Positions 21,501 to 31,248 of a DNA stretch of 64,000 nucleotides are shown piece after piece. Below the pieces are notes generated by a model. It saw only the letters and a list, made by a program, of their open reading frames with translations. It was not told where the DNA came from and searched no databases. Made by a program: the position numbers and the translations under genes. Source of the stretch: Promethearchaeota archaeon (GTDB lineage: Archaea > Asgardarchaeota > Lokiarchaeia > Sigyniarchaeales > SOKP01); contig JBHLMP010000004.1 of NCBI GenBank assembly GCA_048938025.1, positions 1-64,000 of the forward strand. Reading direction: 5' to 3'. Position 1 is the stretch's first letter, and every line of letters starts with the position of its first letter.

Positions 21501-24500
21501 GGCTTCTCAGGACATTAGTTTAGAGTCCCTCAATGACAATGCCTTTCCTGTAAGCTTGGATACAAACTTTACCATATACCCGATTATTGATCTTTTTGAA
21601 CTTTTAGAAATTCAAATGGAGCTTACGAATCTTACAATAATAAATTGTGCACAGGCCCTCAATTTTTTAATAGGGGTTGCAGCAGACGATGACGGTGGAG
21701 AAGGAACATTAACCATTATCTTTAATACCGACGATAATATTGAATTTGAAAATCTTTCTCCTCATATTGAACAGTATCTTCCAGATCAAGCCTTAGAAGG
21801 CACTAATGTCACCTTTTATGTTGAAGTTTCGGATTTTGATCAAATTAGCGATCAAGAAGACTATTATGTTGCTAATTTTAGATCTTCAGATATTCCGACT
21901 ATGCCCGATGATTTTGCGCTCAACAATGGAACTTGTGATTGGGAAGGTGAATTGTTATTCCAAGACAATAATTATGCAACGTTTAGTCCAGAGAATATGC
22001 TTTCTACTGAGGATGTCTGGCTTAAGTTAGACGAAGGTACAGGAAGCCATGCAGAAGATTCTGCTGATGGTGATGAGGATGGAACAATTTACGGAGCTTC
22101 TTGGACAACAGGTAAATTGGGTGATTATGCTCTCGATTTTGATGGCAGTAATGATTACATCGATGTCGATTACAACCTACCCAATGTCGGTTTTACGATG
22201 TGTGCGTGGTATAAAGCAACTACAGGGGGAAGGAGATCGATAATATCTGAAGGGGCAGTTGGTGAATCACCATGGACAAACGTTCAACATATACTAATAT
22301 ATAGTGATACACAAATAGGATATTTTACTGAGACGGGATATGGAACAAATCATGAATATAGGTTCACGCCTACTGGAAATATTATTGATGGTCAGTGGCA
22401 TTTTGTGTGTGCGATAATCACATCTGGTAATTTAGTATTTTATTGGGATGATCAAAAGTTTACATCCTCAATAGTTAATACAGATACAACTGCAAGTAAT
22501 TGTTGGATTGGCTGTTATGGGGGACCTAGTAGTGCTGAATTTTTCGATGGTATTATTGATGATGTAAGGATTTATGAGAGTACTCTTTCTGATGATGATA
22601 TAGAATGGTTATACAATGGTGGATATGGAAGACCAAATGATGTATGTTTTGAAGCTAATTTTCACCTTGATAATGTGGATGATGAGCAAATTTTAAAATA
22701 TCTAAAAATATTCTACGCATATAAAGCAGATTTATCCATACAGGTAAATCTTAGGTTATATAATTTTACTAAAGATTCATGGACTTTAATTGATTCCTCT
22801 AATGTGAGCACTAATATATACAGAAACAAATATTCGATTTTAAGCTCCGAATTTATTAATGATACTAATGATATTCTTGTAAAAATAGAAACCAAAAGTA
22901 AACTTTACGTAGACCAGCTAAAAATTGAATATTATTCTTCAGAAGTATCTGATGATGGCTCCTATGGGCATGAGGATATTCCAATACAACCCCATGAATT
23001 CACCATATATAGTGGAACATGTGATTGGGGCGGAGATCTAAACTCTATTGATGATAGCTATACAACGATTGTATCAACTGAGGCAGGTGACCCAAGTACG
23101 GGAATAATACGACCGAATGGGGATATTACGACTCAATGGTCAATGAGTACACCCCATTATACGAGATTAGATGAAGAAATCGAAGATCCTACTGAGGGAG
23201 ATAGTTATTATATTTACACTTGTGTTCCTTCCATGACTGAGCAATATCATTTTGAAACAATTGCGGGAGTAGATACGATTACTCAAATTGAGGTTAAAAT
23301 GTACGGTAAGGTTACTCAGAACAAACGACCTACTGCTCAAATTTATTTAGGTGAGTGGGAAGACGCAAAAACATGTTCATGGGGTCCTGACCTTTATACA
23401 TGGTCCTCCTTGATTTGGAGTGGATTAAGCGGCTCTCAATCAGACTTGGATAATTTTCAAATTAAAATAAAATCTCCGAGTGGTTATATAGGTTATCTTT
23501 ATTTGAATACTTTATATGTAATTGTAACATACCAACAAGTTGCCGGTCTTAACTTTACATCTGAATTTCATTTAGATGGAGTACGGCCGATTGATCAGAT
23601 AGATTCTGCTGAGTTATTATATTCCTTTAAAACCAATATTAGCACTGACATTGATCTTAGCCTATACAACTACGATTCAAGTAGTTGGGATGTGGTAGAT
23701 ACCCTTATTTATACGCAATTTAATAATTGTAGTTATGAAATCTCAGGAACTGAATATCTCAATCCTTATTATAATATAAAAGTCAGATTTGAAGGAGAAG
23801 AGACCTCTAAATTTGAATTTTATTTAGAAAAGCTCAAACTCCATTATACATGGACAAAAGGCTCCCATGAGGATGACTATGTATATAGCGATTATCCCGT
23901 GTACCCTGCTGATTTTACGTTATATAACGGCACGCACGATTCTGAAGGGAACTTGGAACTTCCAGATGAAGATTATTCCGTTTATAATTCAACTGTAGAC
24001 GGGGATTTAAATTTTTACGCTGTATTAAGCTTAGGAGCGGCACAACCAAGTGATCTCATCACATCGCTATGGCTAAATTATAGTTATAAAACCAATATTT
24101 ATCAATTGATTAACGTAAGCCTTTATAATTTTACCTCTCTTGAATGGTATCTAGTTGCTTCTTCAACTCCTACTGAATTCTTTAATGGATCTTATTCTAT
24201 CCCGATTACAAGGGTCGAAACAGTAAATGACACTGAGATAGAATACCATGACTTCTATGATGCAAACTTCAATATTTTCGTACAATTTGACGGAGCAAAT
24301 CAGTCCTCTCAGTTTCAATTATTCTTAGATCAGTTAAAAGTGGAATATACGGTTACTTCATATATCTTTGTAGGAGATTCTTCGAGGATTATCAATGCAG
24401 TACAAGGAGATTATGTAAGTTTTGATTCAGAACTGGAAGGAGATTCCCAAGTTGTGGATGAGATATTTGAATTAACCCTCGATCAAATGAATTATCATAG

Positions 24501-27500
24501 ATTTGGCCTTTTTGAGTCCTGTCAAGTAAGTTATAGCCTAAACACATCCATACCTCAAAATATCTCTATCAATATCTATAATTACACAGGGAGCGAATGG
24601 ACTGAATTTGACTCGCTTACTACAGATAGCTCCACTTTATATAATAGGTCATTTGTGTTTAATGATAAAGATTTTATTAGCTCTGTTTATAACGTATCAG
24701 TTCAAATCTTAGGAATTAACACTACTGGTAATGCCTTTACATTGTATTTATATAAACTTGAAGTTAAATACAACTGGTCAATAGCACATGCCGATTGTGG
24801 AGTGGATTATAATTCTTATGGACTACAGATAGATTACAATATGTCTTCCCGATATTTTACGATATTTTACGAGGATTTCAACTTTAATTATGAAGGTATC
24901 TATTTAGTAATAATGTCTGCGGATGATGGTTATCACACTACTAAGACAGGAAAGGTAATAAACATTACAAAAGTAGATCCGTTTACTTCCATTGGCCATT
25001 TTACCTCTGAAACGATCGAAGATAAAAATGTTTACTTTACTTCAGACATCTACGTTTCGGGAAGCAACGCAACCATGTCAGATTATAAGTTCTTCTGGTT
25101 ATTTGGAGATGGTTCGTTTAGTAATGACGCTAATCCTGTACATGCATATGCGAAATCGGGAGTTTATAACCTTTCTCTTACCGTAATTGATTGTTTTGGC
25201 AATAGCTATTCAGATGTAAAAAACATTACAGTAGTTGAGAAAGCTCCTGAAATTGTAGGACCTTATACCTTTTATGGAATCGAGGGACAAGCGATTACAT
25301 TGGATGTCGATATCTTCGATGCTTTCTTAGATGAGATTGATCTGGAGTATGAGTGGTACAACTCCTCGGGACTTTTCTCAACAGATAAAAAACCATCATT
25401 ACTTTTAGAAGATGGCTCATATAAATACACCGTGAATGTAACTGACTCGTTAGGACAAACAGCTACCGCAGATATTGACGTAATTATTGAGGATGCTCCT
25501 CCTGTGGTATTAGTATCAAGTTATATGTATTCGGGAGGAAATGTGGATGGATCAGAAGGATTTTTTGCTGGCGCTGCCGATGATCCTGGAGAACTTGCAT
25601 TAACTGCGTATGGTTATGATACTTCTGATAATAATGATTTAGACTATTACTGGTCCATCACAAATGATAATACCACCTTTGAAACATATGAGCAACATGC
25701 TGATATGAGTAGTACCGTTAAATTTAGAGTTAAAGAGACAGCAATCTATCTTGGACAAGTAAAAATAGTATCTTCTGAGAAAAGTGCTGTAGCCAGCTTT
25801 ATAATTAATTCGGTTATTGATAGCAATGGAAATGGCATTAGCAATGAAATGGAAGCGATGATCTTAGAAAACTATGATAATGTAACTGCCTATTCTGATT
25901 ATGATGATGATGGTTTAACTGATATATATGAGATAAGTCATAATATTAGCGATTATTCAGATCCTGATACGGATGATGATGGGCTCTGGGATGGGCTTAA
26001 TAATGAAACGGGAATTGGCGAGCAATCCTTGTCCACAAAACCAAACGACCCAGATAGTGATGATGATGGTTTAAATGACGGGTTAGAATTTTTTGGCTGG
26101 AATATTACTACGGAATTTTTTGGAACAATTACCGTAAATTCAGATCCATGGAAAATCGATACCGACGGGGATGGGGTAAGTGATTACGATGAGTACTTCT
26201 ATGGTACGAATCCTCGTACTTCTGATACTGATACTGATGGAATAGTAGATTCCTTAGATCCATATCCGACAAAATATGATTACGATGGAGATGGGCTTTC
26301 AGATAAAATAGAATTGGAGCTTGGCACTGCTTTAAATGTCACAGATACCGATAATGATGGTATTACAGATGCTGAGGAAGTATTAGGATGGTTCAAAACT
26401 AATCCTTTAAGTGCTGATTCAGATCACGATTTTGCTTCCGATACAGCCGAAATTCAAAATTATAGATTTACAATAGATGATAGATATGATTTAGATGAAC
26501 CAGTCTCTTTAAGTTTTGAAAAAAATTGCGAAAGAGCAGTATCAGCTCAAATAGCTTTCATGATAACTTTCGGTGAAGCTATAAATGAAGGTGACAAAGT
26601 CTATGGAATCCAAAATGTTCCAGATTTAAATATATCAGTTATCAAAGTTGATGACAATCTTCTATTATTTAATGCAACTACTAATTGTACACGATATTAC
26701 TCTAAAGTAATTGATTTCAGAGAGATAATGGAAAATAACAGCAAGGATTATCGTGGAGAATATACGATAAAAATTAATAATACTGAAGCTGGTTGTATCT
26801 TAGAACAATTCGAAATAGAAATCGCAGGATATTTAGATCCACATGCCTCTGATTATGATGGAGACGGCATCATGGATGGGGTGGAAATGGGTTTGCTTGT
26901 AAGAGGGACAGATACGATAGATCATGAGGATCTGTACGGTGAAGCAGTGACAATTCACTTTCCGATGGAAGAAACTTGCTGGTGGTCGATGGATGATGGA
27001 ACTGGTACTACTGCGTTTGATTTAACTTTTTATGAAAATAATGGTACCTTAACCAATATGGAATCAGGGGATTGGAAAACAGGAAAAATTGGTGATTATG
27101 CTCTCGAATTTGATGGCGTTAATGAATTTGTTGATTGTGGTAATGAATACTATTTAGATTTTGAGAGAAATAATACCTTTACTCTAAGTGTTTGGATTAA
27201 AACTTCCTCTACCGGTAGGACGATAATCTCAAAAATGAATACCTCTGATGATTATAGAGGTTATGATTTGTATATAGATAATAGTGGAGTGATTCGGGTT
27301 CATCTGATTAATACACTAGATTCCAATGAAATAATTGTGGATGGAGCTACTTCCATAAACGATAATCAATGGCATTTCATCACTCTTACGTATAATGGAT
27401 CCAGTACAGCTTCAGGAGTGAAACTTTACATCGATGGCTCTTTGGATAACTTAACAATTGTAAAAGACACCCTTAATAAGACAATTCATACTGATGTAAA

Positions 27501-30333
27501 TTTCTTAATTGGAGCAAGAACAGAAGGAAATTACTTTTCTGGACAAATTGATGATGTTAGAGTCTACAGTTTTGCTCTAACGCAAGACAATATAACTTGG
27601 CTCTATAATAGTGGAAATGGAAGACCCTCCAAGACCCTTGGTGGTGTTGATAAGCCTGAAGTTAAAACACAATATTACTTAGAAATTCCCTCTGTGGGTG
27701 TCGTATACGACGCGAATTTGACGTTATCTATTGAATCTTATGGAATTCCAATAGGTTTAGGCAATATTACCGTTGAAATAGTTAAAGAAGAACTTAATTG
27801 TAGCATAGATGATGTCGTGTTATCAAGTGCTTTTAATGAATTCAGTAATACGACTCAATTTTCCTATGAGAAATTCATTGATATTACACCATACCTAAAT
27901 AATAACTCCATTACAGAATTTTATGGAAAATATTTTGTAAATATTGAAATTCAAGGCACAGATTACAGAGATAAATTTCTGGTGGTGGAATTTTATATAC
28001 AAACTGATACCTTCATAGAAGCGGGGTCAACCAATACAGAAGCGTGGTTAACCGATCCTGCCGATAAAGATACTGACGGCGATGGCTGGAATGATTATAA
28101 AGAGATCTTCATCGAAGGAACTAATCCTCTCAGTCCTGATACGGATGGAGATGGTGCTTGGGATAAATATGACAGAGATCCTCATAAAGATGTAATGCTC
28201 AAGATAAGTCCTATTTCAGGTACAATTTGCTATTATAAAACTCGAAAATTGGAGATCGTTATCTCATTTAAACAGGAGGGTACAGGAGAATCATATTCCA
28301 TTTATACATTACGACATTGGACAACTGTACAAGGAGAAACATCTGTTCCTGGGTATCCTTTACCATATTACGAATGGACAGCGTATTTTGATGGAACTCA
28401 TGGGAGTCCCGATGCACTTCAGTATTACATAGACATTGATGATGATATCCTTGTCCAAGGCAATGAATTAGAATTTAAACTTCAACTCTGGAGAATTAAT
28501 AGACATTGGGATAATAAGCATCTTTCTGGGTATGATACCTATAGTATCAATGAAGTTGGATATTCTGAAATCGTAAATATCACCTCAATAGAAGAATTTG
28601 AATCGGTACAGATGAAAACAGAGGCGAAGATAAATGTGACCACCATCGGCGTAGAAAAAGCTAACACGATTGCGATCTATGAAACTAATGGCACTGTGTT
28701 TAATGGGCATTATCAAGAACAGGAGCGGATGAACATCATACAACTGTATGTGAATGATAGCGGTGATGGTACCCCCTTCGTAGAAGGACCTAATGTCATT
28801 GTGATTCCAACCAGCCTCTTTACCGAAACTATCTTTAACGCTTATGTACAAAATGAGACTTTAGATGCCACCCCAATTTATAGCTTAGACGATGAAATAT
28901 TCAAATTTATTTCCGTGGGTCGGGATGGCAATACAGAACAAGCTTGCGATGAAATCGATTTTGTATTCATTCGATTTAACATTTCTTCGCAAGATGCTAT
29001 GGAAATCCTGAATCTCTTGCTTGAATGCCTTGTAAATGAGACCACCAATGAAACTGCAATTGTCTACAGCTATGTTTCGACTAAAATAAATGGTACTTTA
29101 GCGGTGATGATGAATCTGCCGATTTCGGTGCTAGGTTTTGTCCCGTGGTTCTGCAACTTTGAAAATTCACTTATAGGGTCAAAACCAGAAACTAAGAGTG
29201 AAGCGTTCTGGAAGGGAATTAAAAAGTTAGTGTCACTCGCCGTTGGCTTAATTGTAATCATTGGAATGGCGATTCTAGAGCTGGTGGAGCTGATCACAGA
29301 TTTCATCATGGAGATTTTAATGGAGTGGTTGCCGATCTTAGAATATATATTGTGGTTAATACTTCGTACTATTATTTTAATAGTTATTTATATCTTGTTA
29401 GCTCTATTTCTATTTACAAATTTGATATTATTTGCAGTTTTAGCTTCTATGGCATCAGTTATTGGTCTAATTACAGAAGATAGTCCAGAAATCAAATTTA
29501 TGAGTGTTAAATTTGATTTTTTTGAGGATGAATTCTATTTTCACTCTTGGATAAGCACAAAATACCTTGATTTCTTGGATCTTGAAATTCCAATTATAAT
29601 CACTGAAATTACAATTTCTGATAATGTGCTTCTTAGAGATTGTAGTGATCTTATGTTTGGTTCTTGTGAAGATGAAATTAATTACTCACCAAATCCAAAT
29701 TATTCATCAATTGTAACCTCAAATAATAATCCCAATTTTGATTTAAACGCCTTTGCACAAGGTTTTTTGTATGCCTCAACTTTGTGTACCATAACAATAA
29801 CACTTCTATCTGGGATAAAAGGTGCTTCTCATAAAACAGTACCAATGCTTATTTCTCTACTTGCAGCTCTACTTATCGGTTTCTTTTTAACATATATATG
29901 TGAAAATGAGAAACCCAAAGATGAAATTATTTTTTCGATGCAACTAGGAATAGGACTTGCTTTTATAATTGCTTTCTTTGAAATGATATCTGCTAAACAT
30001 CTTAGAATATTAAGTGTTAAAAATGCTGAAAAATTGGATCAAAATATTCCAATATATGTAGATTTACTCCTACTAATTATTGAACTTTTTGATTCATATG
30101 CTTTACAAGATGAAGATTTTGTATCAATTTCATATGGATTAAGTATTACGTCATTAATTCTCTCATGTATTGGTATGAGTCTTGCTTCTACTATTACAGT
30201 AGGTTTACTTTGGGGAAAACAAAGAATTGCTGAATCAGAAGCAGAAGTTGGGTATTTTGGTTTAGAGGTTATATTTCTACTCTTTGGAATTATAAATTTT
30301 GTACCTTCAATAATAGAAATATTTGATAATTAG
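18526..30333 (+). CDS. Giant (3935 aa) modular surface/secreted protein: PKD, LamG and Ca-binding DxDxDG repeats, conserved core, variable multi-TM C-terminal tip
   Basis: Signal peptide ending VHA-DD; PKD WxFGDG motifs; two LamG domains (ALDFDG...FFDGIIDDVRIY); many DTDGDG repeats; hydrophobic C-terminus. Confidence 0.9.
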   Translation: MIKMIFLNKNENEWIKIPKTQKTRKILALTLITLILISEVAKNVHADDLGLEFNANPTTADIGELITFNWTNTGDFNSGWINFGDGNITVLSDDDDNSTISHKYTTEGTYNVTLYIENDFNPKDYDTDSIIITIKNDPPQFDISLLSEAYEDDAVNVSVVNLVESEHDLQDGVLTYVYDFADGETVNTNQSSIIHEWNNAGVYKVTVTVIDDQGALDQESQNIQINNKPPDAYFTFAPTSASNNTVASYYGTYDFRSDIIGQEPENWSVYDSDDVDLETAIIRPNEDGDKKEWTPSISGNHYVLVNEETPDENEDDIIRAYYNPYDYIQTERFEMGAVDMAGGTIVKISIHAYGKFIPGDLESIQPCSRINLGGWKFRKTWNFSSTGYSWKTLTWTGLNGSQSDLNNLIIEFEAIILSIAPAEYRIDAVYCEIFYTHNIEISIMDDGGYYREVIKFYDHDTTERVWMENSFDSQTSGTIEFYLKSSDATIDTWTLILYDGSTYGLKLFMKNDQWNYINGTSGTISECGTPLDNQWYWIRLDFCTSGFYLGLNAHQFRVTVDNSSSNIYHFEDISQVNKIRFESNVSAQGTAWIDAIGYTWDENYQIGDNKNVVISYPEKTHIQFMANCTDTGNDLASMRFYWDFGDGTSGWGKYPVHSYLTSGFYIVNLTCKDDNGKTDWYTERVLIHNLYPDIVNVSCSNNFTTINEGETILFAAEPTDDESDLSRLSYWWEFEDDGFDPYNTSSYESGGWLRSHFYTDDYCGYAYIIVKDPEGALGYKAVLVNVSNVAPLLSIWDASILANISFEVYRNSPSYDANFTFELLSNDEAQLISFLNFTGSENSLVYSDKTQIPMTLSKLWRVIVNSSEVLPENSWFRYYVKLQFLSGEILVISSSKLYGGGYGSWEIDLNPHFYDNGDYTFKYPITFNAHIWDPSVDDIFLSIQYNVSMHLIIDCANTLPLEDSFTIEYPLSNVSYIINVYMEDGVKYANITASQDISLESLNDNAFPVSLDTNFTIYPIIDLFELLEIQMELTNLTIINCAQALNFLIGVAADDDGGEGTLTIIFNTDDNIEFENLSPHIEQYLPDQALEGTNVTFYVEVSDFDQISDQEDYYVANFRSSDIPTMPDDFALNNGTCDWEGELLFQDNNYATFSPENMLSTEDVWLKLDEGTGSHAEDSADGDEDGTIYGASWTTGKLGDYALDFDGSNDYIDVDYNLPNVGFTMCAWYKATTGGRRSIISEGAVGESPWTNVQHILIYSDTQIGYFTETGYGTNHEYRFTPTGNIIDGQWHFVCAIITSGNLVFYWDDQKFTSSIVNTDTTASNCWIGCYGGPSSAEFFDGIIDDVRIYESTLSDDDIEWLYNGGYGRPNDVCFEANFHLDNVDDEQILKYLKIFYAYKADLSIQVNLRLYNFTKDSWTLIDSSNVSTNIYRNKYSILSSEFINDTNDILVKIETKSKLYVDQLKIEYYSSEVSDDGSYGHEDIPIQPHEFTIYSGTCDWGGDLNSIDDSYTTIVSTEAGDPSTGIIRPNGDITTQWSMSTPHYTRLDEEIEDPTEGDSYYIYTCVPSMTEQYHFETIAGVDTITQIEVKMYGKVTQNKRPTAQIYLGEWEDAKTCSWGPDLYTWSSLIWSGLSGSQSDLDNFQIKIKSPSGYIGYLYLNTLYVIVTYQQVAGLNFTSEFHLDGVRPIDQIDSAELLYSFKTNISTDIDLSLYNYDSSSWDVVDTLIYTQFNNCSYEISGTEYLNPYYNIKVRFEGEETSKFEFYLEKLKLHYTWTKGSHEDDYVYSDYPVYPADFTLYNGTHDSEGNLELPDEDYSVYNSTVDGDLNFYAVLSLGAAQPSDLITSLWLNYSYKTNIYQLINVSLYNFTSLEWYLVASSTPTEFFNGSYSIPITRVETVNDTEIEYHDFYDANFNIFVQFDGANQSSQFQLFLDQLKVEYTVTSYIFVGDSSRIINAVQGDYVSFDSELEGDSQVVDEIFELTLDQMNYHRFGLFESCQVSYSLNTSIPQNISINIYNYTGSEWTEFDSLTTDSSTLYNRSFVFNDKDFISSVYNVSVQILGINTTGNAFTLYLYKLEVKYNWSIAHADCGVDYNSYGLQIDYNMSSRYFTIFYEDFNFNYEGIYLVIMSADDGYHTTKTGKVINITKVDPFTSIGHFTSETIEDKNVYFTSDIYVSGSNATMSDYKFFWLFGDGSFSNDANPVHAYAKSGVYNLSLTVIDCFGNSYSDVKNITVVEKAPEIVGPYTFYGIEGQAITLDVDIFDAFLDEIDLEYEWYNSSGLFSTDKKPSLLLEDGSYKYTVNVTDSLGQTATADIDVIIEDAPPVVLVSSYMYSGGNVDGSEGFFAGAADDPGELALTAYGYDTSDNNDLDYYWSITNDNTTFETYEQHADMSSTVKFRVKETAIYLGQVKIVSSEKSAVASFIINSVIDSNGNGISNEMEAMILENYDNVTAYSDYDDDGLTDIYEISHNISDYSDPDTDDDGLWDGLNNETGIGEQSLSTKPNDPDSDDDGLNDGLEFFGWNITTEFFGTITVNSDPWKIDTDGDGVSDYDEYFYGTNPRTSDTDTDGIVDSLDPYPTKYDYDGDGLSDKIELELGTALNVTDTDNDGITDAEEVLGWFKTNPLSADSDHDFASDTAEIQNYRFTIDDRYDLDEPVSLSFEKNCERAVSAQIAFMITFGEAINEGDKVYGIQNVPDLNISVIKVDDNLLLFNATTNCTRYYSKVIDFREIMENNSKDYRGEYTIKINNTEAGCILEQFEIEIAGYLDPHASDYDGDGIMDGVEMGLLVRGTDTIDHEDLYGEAVTIHFPMEETCWWSMDDGTGTTAFDLTFYENNGTLTNMESGDWKTGKIGDYALEFDGVNEFVDCGNEYYLDFERNNTFTLSVWIKTSSTGRTIISKMNTSDDYRGYDLYIDNSGVIRVHLINTLDSNEIIVDGATSINDNQWHFITLTYNGSSTASGVKLYIDGSLDNLTIVKDTLNKTIHTDVNFLIGARTEGNYFSGQIDDVRVYSFALTQDNITWLYNSGNGRPSKTLGGVDKPEVKTQYYLEIPSVGVVYDANLTLSIESYGIPIGLGNITVEIVKEELNCSIDDVVLSSAFNEFSNTTQFSYEKFIDITPYLNNNSITEFYGKYFVNIEIQGTDYRDKFLVVEFYIQTDTFIEAGSTNTEAWLTDPADKDTDGDGWNDYKEIFIEGTNPLSPDTDGDGAWDKYDRDPHKDVMLKISPISGTICYYKTRKLEIVISFKQEGTGESYSIYTLRHWTTVQGETSVPGYPLPYYEWTAYFDGTHGSPDALQYYIDIDDDILVQGNELEFKLQLWRINRHWDNKHLSGYDTYSINEVGYSEIVNITSIEEFESVQMKTEAKINVTTIGVEKANTIAIYETNGTVFNGHYQEQERMNIIQLYVNDSGDGTPFVEGPNVIVIPTSLFTETIFNAYVQNETLDATPIYSLDDEIFKFISVGRDGNTEQACDEIDFVFIRFNISSQDAMEILNLLLECLVNETTNETAIVYSYVSTKINGTLAVMMNLPISVLGFVPWFCNFENSLIGSKPETKSEAFWKGIKKLVSLAVGLIVIIGMAILELVELITDFIMEILMEWLPILEYILWLILRTIILIVIYILLALFLFTNLILFAVLASMASVIGLITEDSPEIKFMSVKFDFFEDEFYFHSWISTKYLDFLDLEIPIIITEITISDNVLLRDCSDLMFGSCEDEINYSPNPNYSSIVTSNNNPNFDLNAFAQGFLYASTLCTITITLLSGIKGASHKTVPMLISLLAALLIGFFLTYICENEKPKDEIIFSMQLGIGLAFIIAFFEMISAKHLRILSVKNAEKLDQNIPIYVDLLLLIIELFDSYALQDEDFVSISYGLSITSLILSCIGMSLASTITVGLLWGKQRIAESEAEVGYFGLEVIFLLFGIINFVPSIIEIFDN
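28642..29349 (+). repeat. Conserved core (~710 bp) shared by the giant gene and two orphan cassettes, copy 1
   Basis: TIGVEKANTIAIYETNGTVFNGHYQEQERMNIIQLYVNDSG...MEWLPILE; colinear without indels with 31801-32508 and 34838-35545. Confidence 0.95.
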
Positions 30334-30408
30334 AATCATGGATTAGTTAAAATAATAAATAATTTTTTTTTATTAATATTTAGGAAAAGAAAAAAATGTG
30401 ATAATTAA

Positions 30409-30990
30409 ATGAATTCTGAAGATAATTTAGATATTAGAATTAAGATAATAACTCCGTTATATATTCGATTAATTAAATGGATTTTTTTACTAATATTCTT
30501 AATATTGATATATTTCTCAGTGATTTTAATTATAACCCATAAAAATTCAAAATTAAACTTTATATATTCATTATTTCTCATTATGGTAGTCTCTTTCTTA
30601 ATTCTATACATGACTTCTATTCTATTACTAAAAAAAGAGATTAAAGCAGAGTATTTATTTACATCAGATAGAATTATAAAAACTAGTTATAAAGGAATAT
30701 TCTTCAGAAAATTTTACAAATCAGAATTATACTTCAATGAAATAAATTTCATTTTATATAAATCCCCGAAAGAAATTTCTATTTTCAAAAAATTTGGAAA
30801 TAGTAAAAATAGATACAAAGGAGATGAAAAAGAAAAAATATATTATTTACATGATAACGCAGTTTATTATCGAATAAATTTCAAAAAATTAAGTTCTGGA
30901 ATTTCTTTTAATGAGCTTTTAAATTTTTTAATAGAAAAGTGCAAATTAATAAAACATCCTTATTTAGTAGAGTTATATTTTTCAAATTAA
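30409..30990 (+). CDS. 2-TM + PH-like domain protein; candidate cognate partner/immunity gene
   Basis: Two TM helices then YLFTSDRII; very AT-rich; directly downstream of the giant gene. Confidence 0.6.
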   Translation: MNSEDNLDIRIKIITPLYIRLIKWIFLLIFLILIYFSVILIITHKNSKLNFIYSLFLIMVVSFLILYMTSILLLKKEIKAEYLFTSDRIIKTSYKGIFFRKFYKSELYFNEINFILYKSPKEISIFKKFGNSKNRYKGDEKEKIYYLHDNAVYYRINFKKLSSGISFNELLNFLIEKCKLIKHPYLVELYFSN

Positions 30991-31248
30991 ATGATTATTG
31001 TACTTTTTAATTCTCTTAAAACTTCTTTTCACTTTTATTTCTTCAATTAATATTACACCATTATGAATTTTTTTTTATTAATTAAGAGTTAATATATAGA
31101 AAATCCATATTTGGATGGTGACGTAAAGGATTTTAGCCGGTAGGGATAATATTACTAACTTGCTAGAGCTCTTTAACGTTAAAAGGATCTCTTACTGATA
31201 ACGAACTGATAATTTTATGAAAAGCTGAATCAGAGCGAATTACCAGGT

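Noticed and set aside
25800-28200. CRISPR-like or DNA tandem repeats in the gatgatgat-rich region
   Set aside because: These are coding DxDxDG calcium-binding repeats with no constant repeat-spacer structure.
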